The notes under the pieces were generated by a model. That model worked only from the letters and a program-made list of their open reading frames with translations. It had not been told where the DNA came from and did not search any database. A program made the translations under genes and the position numbers. From a virus (taxonomy: Duplodnaviria; Heunggongvirae; Uroviricota; Caudoviricetes): 32,827 nucleotides of DNA. Positions 25,493 to 32,827 of this stretch are shown here, one piece after another (within the stretch, counting starts at the first letter, position 1; each line of letters begins with the position of its first letter). The stretch lies in IMG/VR virus record IMGVR_UViG_2703718824_000005; one strand, 5' to 3'.

Positions 25493-25634
25493 ATACCTCA
25501 CTGATCGCTTCTTTGACTGCGCCAGCTACTGGCGCATTAATCCCTTCGAATTGCTGAATATGCCGATCAGTGAAATTCCCTTGCTGGTCAGTCAGGCAAA
25601 CAGGATAGAGCAGGAGAAACGCACACATGGCTGA
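25443..25634 (+). CDS. Putative frameshift extension of the tail assembly chaperone (GT-like), +1 frame relative to the upstream ORF
   Basis: ORF overlaps the chaperone 3' end by 50 nt, has no RBS of its own, and ends 8 nt into the tape measure gene. Confidence 0.4.
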   Translation: MQRRGLWLVFPPSLTAEYLTDRFFDCASYWRINPFELLNMPISEIPLLVSQANRIEQEKRTHG

Positions 25635-27462
25635 ATTTGAGCTTAAGGCGTTGATCACCGGTGTCGACAGGCTTTCTCCCGCGCTGTCGAAAATGCAAAA
25701 GAAAATCCGGGGATTTAAACGCCAGGCGGAAGAAGCGTCACAGGGTGGGCTGGCGCTTGGTGGCGGACTGGCAGCGGGTCTGACGCTTTCCCTGAAATCT
25801 TATGCCGATCAGGAAAACGCCGCCACCGGGCTGAAAGTCGCCATGATGGATGCGAACGGCGAGGTTGGAAAGCGCTTTCAGGACATCAATAAACTGGCTA
25901 TTGGCCTGGGTAACCAGCTACCCGGTACAACAGCTGATTTTCAGAACATGATGCAGATGCTGGTGCGTCAGGGGATCCCGGCAGAAAACATTCTTGGCGG
26001 TGTGGGTAAAGCGACAGCTTATCTTGCGGTACAACTGAAAAAAACACCGGAAGCGGCTGCCGAGTTTGCCGCAAAGATGCAGGATGCTACCGGAACGGTC
26101 TCAGAAGACATGATGGGGCTGTTCGACACAATTCAGAAGGCGTTTTATCTGGGCGTTGACGACACCAACATGCTGTCATTCTTCACTAAAACCAGCTCTG
26201 TTCTGAAGATGGTGAACAAGGACGGTCTTCAGGCTGCACAGAGTCTTGCCCCCATCAGTGTCATGATGGATCAGATGGGGATGAACGGGGAGTCGGCAGG
26301 TAATGCCCTGCGAAAAGTTATCCAGTCCGGATTAAGCGTTAAGAAAATCAGGGACGTCAATAAAGTCATGGCCCGCCAGAAACTCGGGGTACAGCTCGAT
26401 TTTACTGACGGCAAAGGAAGTTTTGGCGGTCTTGATAACATGTTCAGGCAACTGGCAAAGCTGCGAAAACTGACCGACGTTAAGCGAACAGGTGTACTTA
26501 AGGCAATATTTGGTGATGATGCCGAAACCCTTCAGGTGGTCAATGCACTGATCGATAAAGGAAAGGATGGCTACGATCAGATCCAGCAGAAGATGAATAA
26601 ACAGGCCAGCCTGAATAAACGTGTTCAGGCCCAGCTTGGTACGCTGTCCAACCTGTGGGAGGCAATGACGGGGACCGCAACTAACGGCCTTGCGGCTATT
26701 GGCGGCGCATTTTCTGGTGACGCCAAAAATATCACGCAATGGCTGGGGGAGTTGGGGGAAAAATTCACGAAGTTTGCGGATGAAAATCCCCGGGTTATTC
26801 GCGGCGTCGTCGGGCTTGCTGCCGGTCTTGCGATTCTGAAACTGGGATTGATGGGCGTTGGCGGTGCCATCAGTATTGTCAGCAGGATCATGTCGATGAC
26901 GCCGATTGGAATGATTGCGACGGCGATAGCCCTGGCTGCGGGATTAATTATCACTAACTGGGATGTTGTAGGACCTTATTTCAAGAAGCTCTGGGAAACC
27001 ATTGGTCCTTATTTTGAGGCTGGCCGGGAACTTCTGAAGAAGGTTTTTGCCTGGTCGCCGCTGGGGATGGTAATCAATAACTGGGGACCGGTTGTTAAGT
27101 GGTTTCAGGATATGTGGGACAAGCTGAAGCCAATTATTGAGTGGTTTACCGACAGTTCCGGTGACACGGTCGATGCCATTAACTCTGCGCAGTGGGGCGC
27201 GGGTGCTTATGATGCTTATGGGACGGGAATACCGGCGCGGGGATACACACCTTATCCGGTGGTGGATCCGGCTCAGTCAAACAACGCCTCCGGTGCCACA
27301 GGCCCGAATCCCTTCATGATTAACAAAGCTTCTGCGCCAAAAGTTGATGGTGAGATCAAGGTCTCTTTTGTGAATTCGCCTCCGGGTATGCGGGTTATGG
27401 AAACGCGATCCAGCGGTTTTGATGTCAGCCATGATGTTGGCTATACGCGCTTTGGCAGGTAA
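25627..27462 (+). CDS. Tail tape measure protein
   Basis: 611 aa, Ala/Gly-rich with hydrophobic segments; position after the chaperone. Confidence 0.9.
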   Translation: MAEFELKALITGVDRLSPALSKMQKKIRGFKRQAEEASQGGLALGGGLAAGLTLSLKSYADQENAATGLKVAMMDANGEVGKRFQDINKLAIGLGNQLPGTTADFQNMMQMLVRQGIPAENILGGVGKATAYLAVQLKKTPEAAAEFAAKMQDATGTVSEDMMGLFDTIQKAFYLGVDDTNMLSFFTKTSSVLKMVNKDGLQAAQSLAPISVMMDQMGMNGESAGNALRKVIQSGLSVKKIRDVNKVMARQKLGVQLDFTDGKGSFGGLDNMFRQLAKLRKLTDVKRTGVLKAIFGDDAETLQVVNALIDKGKDGYDQIQQKMNKQASLNKRVQAQLGTLSNLWEAMTGTATNGLAAIGGAFSGDAKNITQWLGELGEKFTKFADENPRVIRGVVGLAAGLAILKLGLMGVGGAISIVSRIMSMTPIGMIATAIALAAGLIITNWDVVGPYFKKLWETIGPYFEAGRELLKKVFAWSPLGMVINNWGPVVKWFQDMWDKLKPIIEWFTDSSGDTVDAINSAQWGAGAYDAYGTGIPARGYTPYPVVDPAQSNNASGATGPNPFMINKASAPKVDGEIKVSFVNSPPGMRVMETRSSGFDVSHDVGYTRFGR

Positions 27463-27486
27463 TGAAAAATTAATCTGTTAATGAGT

Positions 27487-27507
27487 CCCACTCCGGTGGG
27501 ATTTTTT
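27487..27507 (+). terminator. Terminator-like hairpin (cccac-tccg-gtggg + T6) after the tape measure gene
   Basis: 5-bp stem, tetraloop, attttttat tail; likely a partial attenuator. Confidence 0.35.
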
Positions 27508-27522
27508 ATGTACGGAGTTTAT

Positions 27523-28851
27523 ATGACGTGGAAAGACAGACTTCAGGACGCGTCATTTCGCGGTGTGCCGTTTAAGGTTGAAGAAGAAAGTGCGGGAACC
27601 GGTCGTCGTGTGGAAACGCACGAATACCCGAACCGCGACAAACCCTATACCGAAGACCTGGGGAAAATCACTTTCCGCCCGTCCATCACAGCTTATGTGG
27701 TGGGAGATGACTGCTTTGACCAGCGCGATCGCCTGATTGACGCGCTGAATAAACCCGGTCCCGGCACGCTTGTCCATCCGACTTACGGTGAGCTGAAAGT
27801 CTGTGTTGATGGGGAAGTTCGGGTCAGCACATCGAAGAGTGAAGGGCGTATTGTCCGCTTTGACCTGAAGTTTGTCGAAGCGGGAGAACTCTCTTACCCC
27901 ACTTCAGGTGCGGCGACGGCGCAGACGCTGATGTCATCCTGTTCTGCACTGGATGACTGCATCAGTGACAGCTTCAGTGGTTTCAGTATCGATGGCGTGG
28001 CAGATTTTGTGCAGAACGACGTCGTCGGTAATGCCAGCACAATGCTTGGGTATGTTTCTGATGCGATGAAAGTGGTGGATTCTGCCGTATCGGATGCCGC
28101 CAGGCTGTTGCAGGGGGATATCTCGGTACTTCTGCCGCCGCCATCGTCAGGCAAAAATTTCGTTGAGCAGGTGCAGAAAATGTGGCGTACCGGGAAACGC
28201 CTTTATGGTAACGCCAGCGACCTGGTCACCATGATCAAAACGCTTTCCGGTGTCAGCCTCGGCAGCGATCTGCAACCGCGCGGCGTCTGGAAAACGGACA
28301 GTAAAACCACCGCTACGGCGACGCAGCAGCGTAACGTGGTTGCCAGCACCCTTCGTACGACCGCAATCAGCGAAGCGGCGTATGCCGTCACCCGATTGCC
28401 TGCGCCAACAACTTCCGCGGTGATGCAGAATGCCACAGTGGGGCAGGCAACAACACCTGCGCAGAGCACTGGCTGGCCTTCCGTCACGCATCCGGCACTG
28501 AACAATGCACCGGCGGTGAAAAACACGGTTGACCTGCCGACGTGGGAAGAACTGACTGACATTCGCGACACACTGAATACGGCAATTGATAAGGAGTTGT
28601 CCCGAACAACCAGTGATGCGCTGTTTCTGGCGCTGCGCCGGGTGAAAGCGGATCTGAATGCGGATATCAACACGCGCCTTGAACAGTCTGCACGGATTAT
28701 TCAGCGCACACCGGATGAGGTTTTACCCGCGCTGGTGCTGGCGGCGACCTGGTTTGATAACGCGGCGCGTGACGCGGACATTATCCGGCGTAATGCCATT
28801 ACGCATCCCGGATTTGTGCCGGTGATCCCTCTGAAGGTGCCAGTGCAATGA
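27523..28851 (+). CDS. DNA circularisation protein (Mu N-like)
   Basis: ORF 27481..28851 trimmed to ATG 27523 (GGAG RBS); position after the tape measure gene. Confidence 0.85.
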   Translation: MTWKDRLQDASFRGVPFKVEEESAGTGRRVETHEYPNRDKPYTEDLGKITFRPSITAYVVGDDCFDQRDRLIDALNKPGPGTLVHPTYGELKVCVDGEVRVSTSKSEGRIVRFDLKFVEAGELSYPTSGAATAQTLMSSCSALDDCISDSFSGFSIDGVADFVQNDVVGNASTMLGYVSDAMKVVDSAVSDAARLLQGDISVLLPPPSSGKNFVEQVQKMWRTGKRLYGNASDLVTMIKTLSGVSLGSDLQPRGVWKTDSKTTATATQQRNVVASTLRTTAISEAAYAVTRLPAPTTSAVMQNATVGQATTPAQSTGWPSVTHPALNNAPAVKNTVDLPTWEELTDIRDTLNTAIDKELSRTTSDALFLALRRVKADLNADINTRLEQSARIIQRTPDEVLPALVLAATWFDNAARDADIIRRNAITHPGFVPVIPLKVPVQ

Positions 28852-29927
28852 ACGACAATGTCACGCTACGGGTAAATGGCCGGGAGTGGAATGGCTGGAC
28901 ATCGGTGCGCATCGGTGCCGGTATTGAACGGCTGGCGCGGGATTTCAGTGTGGAGATCACCCGCCAGTGGCCGGGAGATGAGGGTATCACCACGCTTCAG
29001 CCGCGCATTAAAAACGGTTCAAAAGTGGAGGTGCTGATTGGTGATGAGCTGGTGATCACCGGCTGGGTGGAGGCGACGCCCGTTCGTTACGATGCCCGTT
29101 CGGTCAGCACCGGTATTGCCGGACGCAGTCTGACCGCTGACCTGATTGACTGTGCAGCCAAACCGACACAGTTTAACGGACGATCGCTGGTACAGATTGC
29201 GCAGGCGCTTGCTGCGCCTTTCGGCATTGAGGTGGTGAACAACGGTGCGCCGTCGGGTGTTATTCCTGACGTCCAGCCTGATCACGGTGAAACGGTGATT
29301 GAGGTAATCAACAAAATACTCGGTCAGCAGCAGGCACTGGCTTACGACGACCCGCACGGCAGGCTGGTGATTGGCGGTATTGGCTCAACGCGGGCACATA
29401 CTGCGCTGGTACTTGGGGAAAACATCCTTTCCTGCGATACGGAGAAGAGTATCCGGGAGCGGTTTTCTGTTTACCAGGTGGCGGGGCAGCGTGCCGGAAA
29501 CGACGATGATTTCGGTGAGGCCACCACCACCGCGCTGCGGGCCCGCACAGAGGACGCATTTATTTCCCGTTACCGTCCGATGTATATCAGGCAGACAGGG
29601 CAGGCCACGGGGGCAGGCTGTATTGCCCGTGCTGACTTTGAAGCCCGACAACGGGCGGCGCGGACGGATGAAACCACCTATGTGGTGCAGGGCTGGCGAC
29701 AGGGTAACGGTACGCTGTGGCAGCCCAACCAGCGGGTGATTGTCTTTGATCCGGTCTGTGGTTTCGACAATACCGAACTGCTTGTCTCGGAAGTCACGTT
29801 TACTCAGGACCAGAACGGCACCCTGACGGAAATCCGTGTCGGCCCACCTGATGCTTATCTGCCTGAACCCGAAGCCCCCGGCGCGCGGAAAAAGAAAAAA
29901 GCCAGAGTACAGGAGGACCCGTTCTGA
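28848..29927 (+). CDS. Baseplate hub / tail protein (Mu P-like)
   Basis: 359 aa; ATGA overlap with the upstream gene. Confidence 0.8.
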   Translation: MNDNVTLRVNGREWNGWTSVRIGAGIERLARDFSVEITRQWPGDEGITTLQPRIKNGSKVEVLIGDELVITGWVEATPVRYDARSVSTGIAGRSLTADLIDCAAKPTQFNGRSLVQIAQALAAPFGIEVVNNGAPSGVIPDVQPDHGETVIEVINKILGQQQALAYDDPHGRLVIGGIGSTRAHTALVLGENILSCDTEKSIRERFSVYQVAGQRAGNDDDFGEATTTALRARTEDAFISRYRPMYIRQTGQATGAGCIARADFEARQRAARTDETTYVVQGWRQGNGTLWQPNQRVIVFDPVCGFDNTELLVSEVTFTQDQNGTLTEIRVGPPDAYLPEPEAPGARKKKKARVQEDPF

Positions 29928-30475
29928 TGAGGACGATTGAAGCCATGCAGCGACAACTCCTCGGCCTGATTGGGCGGGCCGTGGTGAAAAGCATCAGTGC
30001 CGCCACGAAATGTCAGACCGTGGATGTGTCCCTGATTGCCGGTGAACCCAAAGCCGGGGTTGAACATCTTGAACCCTACGGTTTTACCGCAAGGGCAAAC
30101 AGCGGTGCGGAAGCGGTGGTGTTGTTTCCGGATGGTGACCGTTCTCATGCGGTAGTTGTTACGGTGTCGGACCGGCGCTACCGCCTGAAAGGGCTGCAGA
30201 CGGGTGAGGTGGCGGTCTATGACGATCAGGGGCAGTCCGTGACGCTGACCCGGGAGGGGATCGTGGTGGATGGTGCAGGTAAAACGATCACGTTTCGCAA
30301 TGCACCTGAAGCACGTTTTGAAATGGACCTGGAAGTGACAGGACAGGTGAAAGACCTGTGCGACTCCGGCGGCACCACCATGTCAGCGATGCGGCTTGCC
30401 TATAACGGGCATCGTCACAGAGAGAACGGTCAGGGCAGTAACACCGACAAACCTGATAAAGCGATGGAGGCATGA
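29927..30475 (+). CDS. Baseplate spike / assembly protein V-like
   Basis: 182 aa, size and position. Confidence 0.7.
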   Translation: MRTIEAMQRQLLGLIGRAVVKSISAATKCQTVDVSLIAGEPKAGVEHLEPYGFTARANSGAEAVVLFPDGDRSHAVVVTVSDRRYRLKGLQTGEVAVYDDQGQSVTLTREGIVVDGAGKTITFRNAPEARFEMDLEVTGQVKDLCDSGGTTMSAMRLAYNGHRHRENGQGSNTDKPDKAMEA

Positions 30476-30900
30476 TGGAACTGTGGCTGACGGTGAACGG
30501 TAAACGCACCTGCGCCAGCGCACCGCTGGATCCGCTGACCCGCGCCGTGGTGATTTCCCTGTTTACCTGGCGGCGGGCGGAGCCTGATGACAACGCCGAC
30601 GTCCCGATGGGATGGTGGGGGGATACCTGGCCTGCGGTACAGAATGACCGTTACGGCTCCCGACTGTGGCTGCTTCAGCGCAGCAAACTGACCAATCAGC
30701 TGGTGCAGACGGTAAGGGGTTATATCCGCGAATGCCTGCAATGGATGATTGATGACGGCGTGGTGTCCCGTATTGATCTGGATATCCGTCGCACCGGGAT
30801 TAATGAACTGGGTAACAGTATCACTCTCTGGCGTCGTGACGGACCGGTAATGATTTCTTTTGATGATCTGTGGAGTGCGATAACGCATGGCGGACAGTGA
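30472..30900 (+). CDS. Baseplate protein (Mu gp46-like)
   Basis: 142 aa, size and position. Confidence 0.75.
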   Translation: MMELWLTVNGKRTCASAPLDPLTRAVVISLFTWRRAEPDDNADVPMGWWGDTWPAVQNDRYGSRLWLLQRSKLTNQLVQTVRGYIRECLQWMIDDGVVSRIDLDIRRTGINELGNSITLWRRDGPVMISFDDLWSAITHGGQ

Positions 30901-31945
30901 ATTTCAGCGCCCGACGCTGGCAGAAAATATCAGTATGCTCCGTAACGATTTATTCGCCAGGCTGGACGTCAGCGACACGCTCCGGCGCATGGATGAAGAC
31001 GTGCGGGCAAAGGTGTATGCGGCGGCGCTGCATACGGTCTACGGTTACATCGATTATCTGGCAATGAATATGCTGCCTGACCTGTGCGATGAGTCCTGGC
31101 TGGCGCGACATGCTGCGATGAAACGGTGTCCGCGCAAGGGAGCCACGGTTGCCAGCGGGTATATGCGCTGGGAAGGTGTCAGCGATGGCCTGAAGGTGAC
31201 TGCCGGGAGTGTTATTCAGCGCGATGACCTGGTGCAGTACACGACAACTGACGATGCAATCAGCTCCGGTGGTGTCCTGCGCGTGCCGATCGCCTGCTCA
31301 AGTGCAGGTGCGGTCGGTAACGCTGACGACGGTACGGCATTAATCCTGGTCACGCCGGTGAATGGTCTGCCGTCTTCCGGTGTGGCTGACACCCTGACAG
31401 GCGGATTTGATACTGAAGAGCTGGAAACGTGGCGCGCCCGCGTCATTGAGCGGTATTACTGGACGCCGCAGGGCGGGGCTGACGGGGACTATGTCGTCTG
31501 GGCTAAAGAAGTGCCTGGCATTACCCGCGCATGGACATACCGACACTGGATGGGAACGGGGACTGTCGGTGTGATGATTGCCAGCAGTGACCTGATTAAT
31601 CCCATTCCGGAAGAATCAACGGAAACGGCGGCAAGACAACATATCGGGCCACTGGCCCCGGTGGCAGGCTCTGATTTGTATGTGTTCAGGCCGGTGGCAC
31701 ATACGGTGGATTTTCATATCCGTGTGACGCCGGACACACCGGAAATACGGGCTGCCATCACCGCGGAGTTGCGTTCGTTCCTGCTGCGTGATGGTTATCC
31801 GCAGGGAGAACTGAAGGTGTCACGTATTAGTGAAGCGATTTCCGGTGCGAACGGGGAATACAGCCATCAGTTGCTTGCACCGGCGGACAATATCACCATT
31901 GCGAAAAATGAACTGGCGGTTCTGGGGGCGATTTCATGGACGTGA
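30887..31945 (+). CDS. Baseplate J-like protein (Mu gp47-like)
   Basis: 352 aa, size and position. Confidence 0.85.
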   Translation: MADSEFQRPTLAENISMLRNDLFARLDVSDTLRRMDEDVRAKVYAAALHTVYGYIDYLAMNMLPDLCDESWLARHAAMKRCPRKGATVASGYMRWEGVSDGLKVTAGSVIQRDDLVQYTTTDDAISSGGVLRVPIACSSAGAVGNADDGTALILVTPVNGLPSSGVADTLTGGFDTEELETWRARVIERYYWTPQGGADGDYVVWAKEVPGITRAWTYRHWMGTGTVGVMIASSDLINPIPEESTETAARQHIGPLAPVAGSDLYVFRPVAHTVDFHIRVTPDTPEIRAAITAELRSFLLRDGYPQGELKVSRISEAISGANGEYSHQLLAPADNITIAKNELAVLGAISWT

Positions 31946-32520
31946 CAAACGATGATTACATCCGTCTGTTGTCAGCACTGTTGCCGCCCGGTCCGGCGTG
32001 GTCAGCCAGCGATCCGGCGATTGCCGGTGCGGCACCGTCATTAACCCGCGTTCATCAGCGTGCGGATGCCCTGATGCGGGAGCTGGATCCGCGCACCACC
32101 ACTGAACTGATAAATCGCTGGGAGCGTCTGTGCGGCCTGCCGGATGAATGTATTCCTACAGGGACACAGACCCTTCGCCAGCGTCAGCAACGGCTGGATG
32201 CGAAGGTTAACCTGGCGGGCGGCATCAACGAGAATTTTTATCTTGCACAGCTTGCTGCCCTGGGCAGACCGGATGCCAACATCACGCGATACGACAAAAG
32301 CACATTCACCTGCTCATCGGCCTGTACTGACGCGGTGAATGCGCCTGAATGGCGGTATTACTGGCAGGTCAACATGCCAGCCGCCACCAACACCACCTGG
32401 ATGACATGTGGCGATCCCTGTGATTCCGCGCTGCGTATATGGGGCGACACCGTTGTCGAGTGTGTGCTTAACAAACTCTGCCCGTCGCATACCTATGTGA
32501 TTTTTAAATATCCGGAGTAA
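31936..32520 (+). CDS. Tail protein (Mu gp48 / YmfQ-like)
   Basis: 194 aa; directly upstream of the tail fibre gene. Confidence 0.75.
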   Translation: MDVTNDDYIRLLSALLPPGPAWSASDPAIAGAAPSLTRVHQRADALMRELDPRTTTELINRWERLCGLPDECIPTGTQTLRQRQQRLDAKVNLAGGINENFYLAQLAALGRPDANITRYDKSTFTCSSACTDAVNAPEWRYYWQVNMPAATNTTWMTCGDPCDSALRIWGDTVVECVLNKLCPSHTYVIFKYPE

Positions 32521-32523
32521 TCC

Positions 32524-32827
32524 ATGCATCGTATAGACACGAAAACCGCGCAGAAGGATAAGTTCGGCGCGGGTAAGAACGGTTTTACCCGTGGTAACCC
32601 CCAGACCGGCACGCCTGCCACCGATCTGGATGATGACTACTTTGACATGTTGCAGGAGGAGCTTTGCAGCGTTGTGGAGGCATCCGGTGCCAGCCTGGAG
32701 AAGGGGCGGCATGACCAGCTGCTTACCGCGCTTCGTGCGCTGCTGTTAAGCCGCAAGAATCCGTTTGGCGATATCAAATCGGATGGCACGGTGAAAACAG
32801 CTCTCGAAAACCTTGGTTTGGGAGAAG
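32524..32827 (+). CDS. Tail fibre protein, N-terminal part (runs off the window)
   Basis: Starts [40 protein letters not shown], the conserved N-terminal anchor of side tail fibres in Mu/e14-type tails; GGAG RBS. Confidence 0.75.
   Translation, partial: MHRIDTKTAQKDKFGAGKNGFTRGNPQTGTPATDLDDDYFDMLQEELCSVVEASGASLEKGRHDQLLTALRALLLSRKNPFGDIKSDGTVKTALENLGLGE

Larger units (their letters stand above)
1..32827. mobile_element. Prophage, mosaic: lambdoid early/lysis modules + HK97-like head + Mu/SfV-like contractile tail; both ends lie outside the window
   Basis: Contiguous canonical phage gene order (xis, P_L genes, cI/cro, O, RusA, Q, holin/R/Rz/Rz1, HNH/TerS/TerL/portal/protease/capsid, sheath/tube/tape measure/baseplate/fibre); late genes co-oriented and tightly overlapping. 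Confidence 0.9.

Noticed and set aside
28147-28673. Minus-strand ORFs 28147..28491 and 28203..28673 opposite the DNA circularisation gene
   Set aside because: Antisense shadows with low-complexity Arg/Ala/Cys-rich translations.

Overview
This window is most of a mosaic temperate prophage of an enterobacterium: lambdoid immunity, replication, nin and lysis modules, an HK97-type head and a Mu/SfV-type contractile tail, with all late genes on the + strand. Left to right: a short xis remnant and leftward P_L-operon genes (YfdP/YfdQ/YfdR-like, as in E. coli CPS-53); an immunity region bounded by two related operator clusters (O_L about 3150-3215, O_R about 4845-4940) holding cI (-) and, convergent with it, an AT-rich moron encoding a TerB-like-repeat plus BRCT-domain protein (3262-4152); cro, a cII/YdaT-like gene, an O-like replication gene with in-gene iterons; a nin-type region (PerC-like, Dam methyltransferase, LexA-DBD-like, RusA, KilA-N, DUF968, Q); late promoter and terminator; lysis cassette (holin, lambda-type R, Rz/Rz1); a low-GC island with a two-gene membrane-protein cassette (14078-15059) insulated by tandem terminators; then HNH, TerS, TerL, portal, protease, capsid, connectors, sheath, tube, chaperone, tape measure, baseplate and the start of a tail fibre. 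The BRCT/TerB gene sits in the slot lambda uses for rexAB and is my top candidate for an undescribed phage-exclusion or defence function; the membrane cassette is second. No rRNA, tRNA or CRISPR was seen. All identifications come from motif and architecture recognition on the supplied translations, without database searches.
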